The position numbers and the translations under genes were made by a program. Below the pieces are notes generated by a model that was given only the letters and a program-made list of their open reading frames with translations, made no database searches and had not been told where the DNA came from. A stretch of DNA of 64,000 nucleotides. It comes from a virus. The stretch is from the IMG/VR virus record IMGVR_UViG_3300049489_000477, positions 52,507 to 116,506 of that record; one strand, given 5' to 3'. Positions 51,309 to 60,011 of this stretch are shown piece by piece. Within the stretch, counting starts at the first letter, position 1. Each line of letters starts with the position of its first letter.

Positions 51309-51740
51309 ATGGAAAAACGAGTTGGGTTGACTAAGAAAGAAAAACCGAAATCGACAGCGTTTTTCGATGTGTTAAAAGACATACGAACAACCAAACAAGG
51401 AAACTTGTTCGATGTTGAGGGGTCGGCTTATGAGAACGAATTCAGCCCCATGATGGCTCTTCGCTTTCTTTCCATGAATGAAGAATTGTGCCCGCTCGTA
51501 AATTCCATAAATCACATTCAAGATTCGTTTGATAAAAAACAGATATACACATTGCTTATCGAGTTGATTCCAAAGACACAATATAGCCAATTCATCAAGT
51601 CGCATAAAGAACACTTCGAATATGAAAAGGATGTTGCTGACTATTACCAATGTTCATTGAAAGACGCGAGAGAGTACATCAAACTCATGGGATCAGCCTG
51701 GGCAGAAGAGATACACAGGTCATACGGAGGCGCACAATGA
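51309..51740 (+). CDS. Clamp loader small subunit gp62
   Basis: FD.L..I, F.P.M..R.LS and V..YY.CS...A.EY motifs. Confidence 0.85.
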   Translation: MEKRVGLTKKEKPKSTAFFDVLKDIRTTKQGNLFDVEGSAYENEFSPMMALRFLSMNEELCPLVNSINHIQDSFDKKQIYTLLIELIPKTQYSQFIKSHKEHFEYEKDVADYYQCSLKDAREYIKLMGSAWAEEIHRSYGGAQ

Positions 51741-52126
51741 CTATTGGTATAAAAGTAGAGCTTCTTACAGATTATTCCATCATTTGTGAAACACTTGAAC
51801 GCATTGGTGTTGTAAACAAGAAAGAGAAGAAAATCTATCCATCGTGTTATTGTCATAAAATGACAGATGACGCCGGAAACACAGAATATCGTATTTGTCA
51901 CTTTAAAGAAATGTTCACACTACAAGGTAAGCCGACAACTTTTAATAACCTTGATAAGTTGCGTTTAAAAACAATAGTTTATTTCTTAATAAAGTGGAAT
52001 CTTATACGAGTTGAAAAAGCCATTGATGAAATTTTAAAAGAAAAAATCGATATTGTCAAATATAGTGACAAAAAAGATTATAAAATAATTCATAAATTTA
52101 AGCATAACGAGCAACCAGAGGCTTGA
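51737..52126 (+). CDS. regA: Translational repressor RegA
   Basis: ETLERIGV, K.Y.SC, YRICHFKEMF.L.G, W.L and K...K..Y.I..K motifs. Confidence 0.9.
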   Translation: MTIGIKVELLTDYSIICETLERIGVVNKKEKKIYPSCYCHKMTDDAGNTEYRICHFKEMFTLQGKPTTFNNLDKLRLKTIVYFLIKWNLIRVEKAIDEILKEKIDIVKYSDKKDYKIIHKFKHNEQPEA

Positions 52127-52169
52127 TATTCAAAATACACTCCTATAATCTCAAATTATAGGAGTTCAC

Positions 52170-52481
52170 ATGCGTAAGACAAAAAATACCGACGATGTAC
52201 CAGCCGATGAGGCGACCAAGCCACAGAAGCCCAAGAAAGAGTTCGAAGTAACCATCACGATCTGGGATGACGGTGAGGTTACGAATAAACTTGTAGAGTT
52301 TATTAAAAAGGAGCGTGGCGCTCCCGAAAAGTGGCTGCGTAAGCCCGATCAGTTCAATGCCGCCATTAAGGACAAGATTTCAGAGAATCCTGTCCTCTTA
52401 CTGGAAAAGATTGCCGAAGGATTGAGTATCAATCTGTCAGCTTTCTTCGCAGCCAAGACAAAAGCCGAAGAAGGTAAGTAA
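52170..52481 (+). CDS. Hypothetical protein
   Basis: Upstream TTGATA...TATAAT promoter and AGGAG RBS. Confidence 0.65.
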   Translation: MRKTKNTDDVPADEATKPQKPKKEFEVTITIWDDGEVTNKLVEFIKKERGAPEKWLRKPDQFNAAIKDKISENPVLLLEKIAEGLSINLSAFFAAKTKAEEGK

Positions 52482-52485
52482 GCAT

Positions 52486-52899
52486 ATGCGCTACGCCCTT
52501 GGCTTTTGCTTTACCACTGATAAAAAGCATGTGGCTTTGATTCATAAAGAAAAGCCATTGTGGCAAGCCGGTTATGTAAACGGCATTGGTGGAAAAATCG
52601 AAGAGAACGAATCGCCAATTGACTGCATGCAACGAGAGTTTCGTGAAGAAACCGGTGTTGACATCAACAATTGGCGATTCTTTTGTGTGGTGAGTGGAGA
52701 ATGGGGTGAAATCCATATCTTCAAAGCATTCAACAATAAAGTTTGGAGCGCAACCACACAAGAGGAAGAAAAAGTCGAGATTATGGAGATTGATAAGCTA
52801 CCGTATAACATGATGATTCAAAATCTACGGTGGATTATCCCCTTGGCATTAGATAAAGATGATGTTGCTGGTGATATGCGAGAACGAAAAATACAATAA
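52486..52899 (+). CDS. NUDIX hydrolase
   Basis: GGKIEENESPIDCMQREFREETG Nudix box. Confidence 0.9.
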   Translation: MRYALGFCFTTDKKHVALIHKEKPLWQAGYVNGIGGKIEENESPIDCMQREFREETGVDINNWRFFCVVSGEWGEIHIFKAFNNKVWSATTQEEEKVEIMEIDKLPYNMMIQNLRWIIPLALDKDDVAGDMRERKIQ

Positions 52900-52909
52900 G
52901 GAACATACT

Positions 52910-53089
52910 ATGATGCAAAAGAATCTACTCAATGCATATGAGAAACTTGATCATTTGCGCGAGCGACTTGAATTCTCGGGTCTAAAGAAAGAGTGCGACA
53001 TTCTTGAAGAGGCGCGAGAAGAGTTGAACAGGTATCTGGCTGTTGTCGAGAAGTTCGATAGAACCGGTAAAAAGAAGTTTGACGAATGA
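52910..53089 (+). CDS. Hypothetical protein
   Basis: 59 aa, AAGGA RBS. Confidence 0.55.
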   Translation: MMQKNLLNAYEKLDHLRERLEFSGLKKECDILEEAREELNRYLAVVEKFDRTGKKKFDE

Positions 53090-53547
53090 ACTTTTCACAA
53101 GTTAAGAGAGATATCTATTACGGTTCTGAAAAGAACCATACGTTCTGGATAGTCAAGGAATCAGATAAATTCAAAGCATCTGTATGGGTACTTTTACCAG
53201 AACCATCTACAGAGCCAATACAAGAAGCTTCATTTGGATCAAAGGAAGAAGCCGAAGAATATCTCAACGGTATTTCCGCGACCATTGGCTTGAAATTGGT
53301 GAACGAAGCTAAACCTTTACCTAACATAAAGAATGCATTTGAAGAACTGCTATCTCACGCCCGCATGGAAATGATACGGGATGGTAGTGGTCGTGGCATA
53401 ATAAAAATCGATTTTCGTGTCAATATATCAGAGAATCCACTTCATAAATTCATATATGAATACAAGCATACCATAGATAATACCAATGCGGGCGTCGATG
53501 AATACAACAAGTATTTACAGCTTAAGGCAAAATACGAAGGAAAATAA
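53086..53547 (+). CDS. Hypothetical protein
   Basis: 153 aa, ATGA-coupled to the upstream gene. Confidence 0.6.
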   Translation: MNFSQVKRDIYYGSEKNHTFWIVKESDKFKASVWVLLPEPSTEPIQEASFGSKEEAEEYLNGISATIGLKLVNEAKPLPNIKNAFEELLSHARMEMIRDGSGRGIIKIDFRVNISENPLHKFIYEYKHTIDNTNAGVDEYNKYLQLKAKYEGK

Positions 53548-54533
53548 TGAGCGACTTTAATGTAGTATCCGATGAAGAGTTTGCCGTTATTTTGCGGGCA
53601 AGGAAAGAAAAACAACATGAGGAATACAAATATCTCCACTTGCTCCAAGATATTATGGAGAAGGGTGTCACGAAAGGCGACCGCACTGGTACGGGGACCA
53701 AAAGCTTATTTGGCACGCAACTTTCATTTGATGTTTCAAACTCATTACCCGTGTTGACCACCAAGAAAGTTTTCTTTAAAGGAATTGTTGAAGAGTTGCT
53801 TTGGTTCATTAGGGGTGATACAGATTCAAAGTTACTTGAAGCCAAAGGTGTGAATATCTGGAAAGGAAACACTTCTAGAGAGTTTCTTGACAAAAGGGGT
53901 CTGGATTATCCAGAAGGCTTCGCCGGTCCCGTGTATGGTTTCCAATGGAGGCATTGGGGCGGTGGATACAACATCAGAGCATTAATCAATGATGGTAATA
54001 TAACATATACGCAACAAATTGGTCAAGTTACACCTAGTAGTGGTAATTACGGAGTAGATCAACTTGCGAATGTCGTTGAAACTTTAAAAAAGAACCCTAA
54101 TGACCGTAGAATGATAGTTAGCGCATGGAATGTTGCTGAATTAGATCGAGTAGCACTTCCAAGTTGCCACTTGCTTTATCAGTTTGATGTATCTGATGGA
54201 AAATTAAATTGCCAGTGGTATCAGCGCAGTTGTGATACTCTACTCGGAATTCCATTTAATATAGCATCATATGCATTATTGACTTATCTTATCGCAAAAA
54301 TAACCAATCTAAAACCAGGAACTTTGACATTTACTGGCGGCGATACGCACATCTATCTTAATCACATCGACCAGTGTAAGGAACAGATTTCAAGAACACC
54401 ATATCCGTTTCCTAAACTGAATATCAAGAAAGACATTAAGACACTTGAAGATATTGAGAACCTTCAATTTGAAGATTTTGAATTGGTAGATTACATGTAT
54501 CATCCAGCGATTAAAGCTCCGATGGCGGTATAA
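53547..54533 (+). CDS. thyA: Thymidylate synthase
   Basis: DRTGTGT, EELLWF, GPVYGFQWR, PSCH, QRSCD...G.PFN and GDTHIY motifs. Confidence 0.96.
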   Translation: MSDFNVVSDEEFAVILRARKEKQHEEYKYLHLLQDIMEKGVTKGDRTGTGTKSLFGTQLSFDVSNSLPVLTTKKVFFKGIVEELLWFIRGDTDSKLLEAKGVNIWKGNTSREFLDKRGLDYPEGFAGPVYGFQWRHWGGGYNIRALINDGNITYTQQIGQVTPSSGNYGVDQLANVVETLKKNPNDRRMIVSAWNVAELDRVALPSCHLLYQFDVSDGKLNCQWYQRSCDTLLGIPFNIASYALLTYLIAKITNLKPGTLTFTGGDTHIYLNHIDQCKEQISRTPYPFPKLNIKKDIKTLEDIENLQFEDFELVDYMYHPAIKAPMAV

Positions 54534-54535
54534 GT

Positions 54536-54709
54536 ATGTTAATCAACCCAAACTATCTCGCTAATATTCTTTTTCATAAACTTCAAATGTTCGATGAAGG
54601 TCGAAAGATTGAAAGTTTAACGATTAAGGAAATACAAGAACTCGCTTATAACATCAACCAAGAGATTGAACACGACAATAAAAAAGGTGATGACGAGCCG
54701 CCATTTTAA
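54536..54709 (+). CDS. Hypothetical protein (57 aa, not in ORF track)
   Basis: MLINPNYLAN...DDEPPF, starting right after the thyA stop. Confidence 0.5.
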   Translation: MLINPNYLANILFHKLQMFDEGRKIESLTIKEIQELAYNINQEIEHDNKKGDDEPPF

Positions 54710-54717
54710 GGACTTAT

Positions 54718-54897
54718 ATGAGAAACTACGAATTGCGCCTCCAACTTATCATAGCCAAAGCCCAGCTTCTTTTAAAGGAACCTGGAAGACCCTGGCATAG
54801 CGACATAAAAGCTGCGCTTGCTGAAATCGCATCGGAAGCTAAAAAAGCCTACGACGAAGTAGCCAACGATAGAGGCTGGGAAGCGGGTGACAGATGA
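54718..54897 (+). CDS. Hypothetical protein (59 aa, not in ORF track)
   Basis: AAGGA RBS; MRNYELRL...; ATGA overlap with the next gene. Confidence 0.6.
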   Translation: MRNYELRLQLIIAKAQLLLKEPGRPWHSDIKAALAEIASEAKKAYDEVANDRGWEAGDR

Positions 54898-55265
54898 GTG
54901 AAGAATTGTCACCGTGGGAAGATTATTTGAAGATGCTTGATATGTATATTCCTCAAGTAATTAGTAAAGAAAGAAAGTTAACCCATTTAGAATTTGCTAT
55001 GCCGTGGTACTCTAAAGAGTATTCACAGATGGTATATGGAACACTTGTTAATTTCCTTCAATGGAAGAAATTTTTAAATCTTGATGTACCAGAGTTTGGA
55101 AGTGAAGAACACATGGATAAAATTGATAAAGGTCTTTTGGGGGAAGATACGATAGCAGAATATACACTCAAAGACGGATTTAACATCAAGGATATACAGA
55201 CCGAAGAAATGCATAAGGATTTCAGAGGTATGTTGGATACACACTATGAAGGATGGATAAAATAA
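54894..55265 (+). CDS. Hypothetical protein
   Basis: 123 aa, coupled to the upstream gene. Confidence 0.6.
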   Translation: MSEELSPWEDYLKMLDMYIPQVISKERKLTHLEFAMPWYSKEYSQMVYGTLVNFLQWKKFLNLDVPEFGSEEHMDKIDKGLLGEDTIAEYTLKDGFNIKDIQTEEMHKDFRGMLDTHYEGWIK

Positions 55266-55266
55266 C

Positions 55267-55527
55267 ATGGCAGATAAACCAATTGAAATATTCAGAGAAT
55301 TGATATGGAGAGCCAACCCATGGCTTCATGATTGTGAACGTCATTCCATGCAAGTAGCTTGGGACAAGTATCGTGAAACTGGTGAAAGACCATCAGAATA
55401 TTACTTGCCTGGAGGAATGATTAAGAAACTGACCGCTGAACAGCGGGAGATTCTTTCAAAGCTGACTTCGGATGAAGTTTCTAAAGAAGCTAATCCACAC
55501 ACATGGTATAAAAAGGAAAACAAATGA
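55267..55527 (+). CDS. Hypothetical protein
   Basis: 86 aa, within the operon. Confidence 0.6.
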   Translation: MADKPIEIFRELIWRANPWLHDCERHSMQVAWDKYRETGERPSEYYLPGGMIKKLTAEQREILSKLTSDEVSKEANPHTWYKKENK

Positions 55528-55721
55528 GCAAAAAAACAAAAAGTAAATCCAGTGGTCAAATTTTTACTTTAGAATTATCTAAAGATAAACTTATAGAAAT
55601 ACTCACACCGATACTTAAGAAAAATAAAGTTATTAAAGATCAAGTCATTTACGACTTTATGATTTCATTAGACACTAACCAGCGATTTCATTCTATGACA
55701 GTTGTGATGTTACCAAAGTAA
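55524..55721 (+). CDS. Hypothetical protein
   Basis: 65 aa, AAGGA RBS and ATGA overlap. Confidence 0.55.
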   Translation: MSKKTKSKSSGQIFTLELSKDKLIEILTPILKKNKVIKDQVIYDFMISLDTNQRFHSMTVVMLPK

Positions 55722-55724
55722 ACG

Positions 55725-56105
55725 ATGCTCAAATCCTTCCAAACATACTTCAACGAAGCAACTGACGAGGAAATCGTACAGTTCTTTTCTGCGTTCACAG
55801 CCGAAGAGCGTAACAAAGAATTCGCTGATATGTTTGGTCTGATTAGCTGCATCTTACGAGTCAAAGACGGTGACGATTGGGTTCGTAAATATTTCGTCTA
55901 CAGAGACTTGATCGTTAAGGAAGTCGATACCAGCACCCTTGGACCGGCGCTCGATAAGATCATTGCAGCCAACGAGAAAGCCTGGAAGGAATATACTGGC
56001 GGTAAAGAACAAGCCATTGGTCGGTTTATTGGGCAACTAGCTAAAGCAACGGGTGTAACTCCACAAGACGCGAAGGTGTTTATAGAGGCGAGGAAAGCAA
56101 AATGA
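55725..56105 (+). CDS. Protein with a GatB/YqeY-like C-terminal domain
   Basis: LDKIIAANEKAWKEYTGGKEQAIGRFIGQLAKAT resembles the GatB tail domain. Confidence 0.6.
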   Translation: MLKSFQTYFNEATDEEIVQFFSAFTAEERNKEFADMFGLISCILRVKDGDDWVRKYFVYRDLIVKEVDTSTLGPALDKIIAANEKAWKEYTGGKEQAIGRFIGQLAKATGVTPQDAKVFIEARKAK

Positions 56106-56269
56106 CCATTCAAGACGATTTCAGACAATTTTCAGAAGATGAATCTCTGATTATGAAAGTTAATCAAAAGCCTGACAGATCAATTCATATAATTGATGTC
56201 GGAAACGCTTCCAAAGAGGCGGCAGAAGAAGCCATACAAAAACTACGCGAAAAATTCAAAGGAACATAA
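56102..56269 (+). CDS. 55-aa mini-protein similar to the portal clip segment (not in ORF track)
   Basis: AGGA RBS and ATGA overlap; PDRSIHIIDVGNASKEAAE versus portal [19 protein letters not shown]. Confidence 0.75.
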   Translation: MTIQDDFRQFSEDESLIMKVNQKPDRSIHIIDVGNASKEAAEEAIQKLREKFKGT

Positions 56270-56270
56270 C

Positions 56271-56513
56271 ATGGCATTTAGCGGCGTAAGACACACCAAA
56301 AAGATTCTAAAAGAAGTCAATTTAGCAATCGCGGATTTACAAAAGGCAAAAGAACACCTTGAGTATTGTAATGACACAAAAGGGCTGTATTGTGATGGCA
56401 GACCCGATGAAGTCGATGCTTCAAAAGAAGAAACGGAAGGGGAAGCTCTTTCGTGTATGAGTGAAGCAGAAGCCCGTTTATCAACCATTTTGACAGAGAA
56501 CGGAATGATGTGA
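56271..56513 (+). CDS. Hypothetical protein
   Basis: Start at MAFSG with AAGGA RBS, just after the mini-portal stop. Confidence 0.6.
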   Translation: MAFSGVRHTKKILKEVNLAIADLQKAKEHLEYCNDTKGLYCDGRPDEVDASKEETEGEALSCMSEAEARLSTILTENGMM

Positions 56514-57322
56514 AAGCCTTTGTTTTAGCCGATCCACAAGGACAAATACGCGATAGGGATCAACTCGACCTCTACGACGGCTATCTCGCATTGTGTTACG
56601 ACACGAAGCTCGTAACTGCATCCGACATATACTCTAATAAAGAGAAAATAACCAGAGACGATATTTTCTGTGGGCATGTGCAGCTTTGTCAATACATCTG
56701 GAAGCAGCTTAAAGTGGCTGATCCGTGCATCCCCAACTATCCAGAGGAACTTAAAGAGTATTTTGGTCGGTCGATTCGCAAGATGAAATTCTATCAATTT
56801 AGGAATCTCCTCAAAGAGAACGAAGAATTTGGAAACATATACTTCGTCAAGCCCGTCAAGAATAAGCTATTTACAGGATTCACATGTGTAACCGAACAAG
56901 AATGTCTTTCTAAAACAAACTGCTCGCCAGAAACAGATGTATATGTTTCTAGCTATGTAAACTTCGGAGCAGAATTCCGTGCCTATGTCTATAAAGGCAA
57001 GGTCGTTGATTGCTTTAGATATTGGGGTGATGATTGGAAAGTCACTATTCCACATATGAACATTGAAGAAATGGTCAGTAAACTCAATATCAATGCCGTA
57101 TTCTACAGTCTTGATGTTGGCATAGATATCGACAAGAAACAAACACTTCTTATGGAAGTCAATGATGGGTACGCTCTTGGTAACTACGGACTCGCACCAG
57201 TTGATTATGCTCGATACTCGGCTGAAAGATGGCGTGAGATAATGAAAGACCCATTGGATGTAGACCCGTCCAAATGGTCGAAAGCATGCGAGAAGATGGG
57301 TTGTGAAAGAGTAGATTTTTAA
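56510..57322 (+). CDS. ATP-grasp ligase (R2K/DUF4343-like)
   Basis: FVKP...K.FTG, EFR.YV, LDVG and EVNDGYALG.YG motifs. Confidence 0.8.
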   Translation: MKAFVLADPQGQIRDRDQLDLYDGYLALCYDTKLVTASDIYSNKEKITRDDIFCGHVQLCQYIWKQLKVADPCIPNYPEELKEYFGRSIRKMKFYQFRNLLKENEEFGNIYFVKPVKNKLFTGFTCVTEQECLSKTNCSPETDVYVSSYVNFGAEFRAYVYKGKVVDCFRYWGDDWKVTIPHMNIEEMVSKLNINAVFYSLDVGIDIDKKQTLLMEVNDGYALGNYGLAPVDYARYSAERWREIMKDPLDVDPSKWSKACEKMGCERVDF

Positions 57323-57332
57323 AGGAAATACT

Positions 57333-57626
57333 ATGAACCACCGGAAACTTCGCAAACTCGCTGAACAAGCAACACATGGACCATGGTTTAGAAGTGCAGG
57401 AAGGACAGATGAATTTGATATATGGCATTATGAAATAGGTCCAGTTGGCACAAGAGAAAATCTTCACCAATATGAAGATACTATATGTGAGTGTACGGAT
57501 GCTGAACACGATGGAGCAAGAAACGGTGCATATATCGCCGCATGCGATCCGAATACCATCATTGGTCTGTTAGATGAAATAGCGAATTTAAAAAAGAAAA
57601 TTAAGAAATTAAAAGGATCCAGATGA
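57333..57626 (+). CDS. Ead/Ea22-like protein
   Basis: LAEQATHGPW and N..YIAACDP.TI..LLDEI motifs. Confidence 0.75.
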   Translation: MNHRKLRKLAEQATHGPWFRSAGRTDEFDIWHYEIGPVGTRENLHQYEDTICECTDAEHDGARNGAYIAACDPNTIIGLLDEIANLKKKIKKLKGSR

Positions 57627-57943
57627 TTTACTTTATTGACTTCGATGGTACGATATGCCCAGGTGGACCACCAACCGCTGCATGTGTCCGTACCATCAAA
57701 AAACTCAAAGAACATAACCACACGGTTGTCATTTATTCGTGTCGATCCAATCCAAATTGCGTGGAAGATGCTGCATTTGAAACCGCCGAAATGGTGAATT
57801 TCTTAAAAACATACGGAATTCCATTTGACCGCATAGAACCCAACAAGCCGCTATTCAACTTCATCATTGACGATCGAGCATTGGGTGTTCCATTGACTCC
57901 ACAACATGATGTTGATTGGGAACGCATAGAAAGACTCATATGA
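57623..57943 (+). CDS. Small HAD-family phosphatase
   Basis: DFDGT, YSCR, KP and IDDR motifs. Confidence 0.85.
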   Translation: MIYFIDFDGTICPGGPPTAACVRTIKKLKEHNHTVVIYSCRSNPNCVEDAAFETAEMVNFLKTYGIPFDRIEPNKPLFNFIIDDRALGVPLTPQHDVDWERIERLI

Positions 57944-58323
57944 AAAAAGCATTCAAATTTAACATAAAAGACATCGTAAGTGTAACTGACGGTGATACAT
58001 GTACCATGAATGTCGATTTAGGATTTAAACTCACATACAAGGTAAATGTTCGTGTTTCTGGTATTGATACTCCAGAAAAATCCACACCAGAAGGAAAGAT
58101 CGTCAAGAAAAAGGTTGAAGAATGGTTCACACAAGGATCTGACTTTACCTTGGAATCCCATAGTCTTGACAAATATGGTCGTGTACTAGGTGATATTCGC
58201 AACGGTAAAAATGTTTCTCTGTCGGCATACCTTATTGATAACCAGCTTGGAAGATACTATAAAGGCGACAAGAAAGTTGCATGGACAAAAGCTGAAATAG
58301 AAAATATTCTGAAAATGGCATGA
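57940..58323 (+). CDS. Thermonuclease (SNase-like)
   Basis: V.DGDT, DLGF, R..GIDTPE and DKYGRVLG motifs. Confidence 0.9.
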   Translation: MKKAFKFNIKDIVSVTDGDTCTMNVDLGFKLTYKVNVRVSGIDTPEKSTPEGKIVKKKVEEWFTQGSDFTLESHSLDKYGRVLGDIRNGKNVSLSAYLIDNQLGRYYKGDKKVAWTKAEIENILKMA

Positions 58324-58356
58324 TGTAATTTTTCACATTATCAGTATAATACCATT

Positions 58357-59430
58357 ATGAAGGTTCCGCAGCACATTGCCAAAGAAATTTTTTCTCGAAC
58401 GGTTCGTGCTGTTGAACAAGTAAGAACATCCAATCTCTTTTTGTACAGAGGTCATTGCCCAATTTGCAACGATCTTAAGAAAAAGAGAATGTATTTGAAG
58501 GAATATCCAGAGCATTATTTGGTATATTGCCACAATTGCGGATATTCACATAAATTTGAAGTGTTCTTAAAAAATAACTATCCGAGCGAATATGTTAAGC
58601 TCAAGCCGTATATTTTCGAATCCATCAAAAACGGTTCCTTTGCCCGCCGCAGAGAAAGTGTAAAATTCGAACCCGTCAAGCGGCTCTTGACGGATGAAGA
58701 TATCAACCGGAAGCTAACAACATATCTTCCAATGGTTTCATTTAACATCATGGATGAGCAGCTTGATACTCGTCGGGAGAAGTATCGGGCGCTCTGTTTG
58801 AAGTATCTTATTGACCGCCGCATACCCGAAGCCGTATTCAGAGACTTCTATTGCATATATGCCAGGTCACTGGCTGGATACATCGGAATACCGTTCTTCG
58901 ATAAGACGAAAAAGAACCTACTCCATGTTCAAGGCAGATTAGTCCTGCCGCGCAAGAACCCTGGATATGAACAACAAAAGTATCTGTTTTTAAAAGATTC
59001 AGACATGGGTGTAGAGCTTGAATCAAAACAATTATGGGGTATGTGGCGCATCCAATCCGACAAGCCTGTTATTATTTGTGAGGGCACGCTGGACGCCTGC
59101 GCATTCGAGAATGGAGTAGCTACATGCGGAGCCACCTTAAGCGAAACCTTTATTCGCAATATTATAAAACAGTATAAAAATAGAATATGGTGTGTCGATA
59201 ATTACTTTTTAGACAAAGCAGGACGAGACTTGACCCAGCGACTTTTAGAAATGGGTGAATCGTGCTTTGTCATACCAAGGAACATGATTGACAAAAAAGA
59301 TGCCAACGATCTTATAAAAGACACCTTCAAGGAATATACATATATTCCCGAGTCGTTTATTCAAGAAAATACATATGTCGGCGGCGTTAATGGAGGAATG
59401 GGATTAAGTAAGTTGCGTATACTTACTTGA
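58357..59430 (+). CDS. DNA primase gp61
   Basis: CPIC...YCHNC zinc finger, IPF, QGR, EG.LD TOPRIM motif, DN and KD.ND. Confidence 0.9.
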   Translation: MKVPQHIAKEIFSRTVRAVEQVRTSNLFLYRGHCPICNDLKKKRMYLKEYPEHYLVYCHNCGYSHKFEVFLKNNYPSEYVKLKPYIFESIKNGSFARRRESVKFEPVKRLLTDEDINRKLTTYLPMVSFNIMDEQLDTRREKYRALCLKYLIDRRIPEAVFRDFYCIYARSLAGYIGIPFFDKTKKNLLHVQGRLVLPRKNPGYEQQKYLFLKDSDMGVELESKQLWGMWRIQSDKPVIICEGTLDACAFENGVATCGATLSETFIRNIIKQYKNRIWCVDNYFLDKAGRDLTQRLLEMGESCFVIPRNMIDKKDANDLIKDTFKEYTYIPESFIQENTYVGGVNGGMGLSKLRILT

Positions 59431-59920
59431 TCCTGTTCATCACATCAAGCCACGGTCCACCCAACTCACGCATTTGCAGCAACACATATTCGCGCAATGC
59501 GGTGTCTTTTATGACCAATTGATCGGTGCGCTGGGCTAACGACTCGGGGGTGCCGATAACCCGTATGAGCAACGCATGGAAGGCGAAAATGGTGTCAATG
59601 TACTTGGTCATCATTTCCTGCATAACATCTTGCTTGCGTGCGTTTTCGTTCAATCTCGCAACCTCTTTAGCCACGGACTTACTTATGAGTGGGCTAGTAT
59701 CGGAAGGTACGAAATCGTGTGGTACAGTATCCGTTTTTTCAAATCTCCGCACAAACTCCGATGTAGTTGTTTTTGAAACGAACTGGTCGGCTGCACCCTC
59801 ATGTTCATGTGGGGCATGTGGAATATCTTTGTAAGTCACTGTCCCGTCAGGATTTTTGACAACAATCTTCAAATCCCCGTTCACATAACACAAGTCGCAA
59901 ATAGTGTCTTTATCGTTCAT
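59423..59920 (-). CDS. Hypothetical protein
   Basis: 165 aa, AAGGA RBS, convergent with the primase gene. Confidence 0.6.
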   Translation of the reverse strand: MNDKDTICDLCYVNGDLKIVVKNPDGTVTYKDIPHAPHEHEGAADQFVSKTTTSEFVRRFEKTDTVPHDFVPSDTSPLISKSVAKEVARLNENARKQDVMQEMMTKYIDTIFAFHALLIRVIGTPESLAQRTDQLVIKDTALREYVLLQMRELGGPWLDVMNRIK

Positions 59921-60011
59921 TTTTATATTCCTTGCAGTAAGAATACACAGATTTTTTAAAATTCAACCTATTTATTTTTATCTGACATGATATAATTACC
60001 GCGAGGTTATT

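Noticed and set aside
53547-54533. dCMP/dUMP hydroxymethylase for DNA hypermodification
   Set aside because: Canonical ThyA motifs are present, including the dUMP-specifying Asn. The only oddity is a short loop insertion.
56193-56270. N-terminal extension of ORF 56193-56513 in the track
   Set aside because: It overlaps the better-supported 56102-56269 ORF; the RBS supports a start at 56271.
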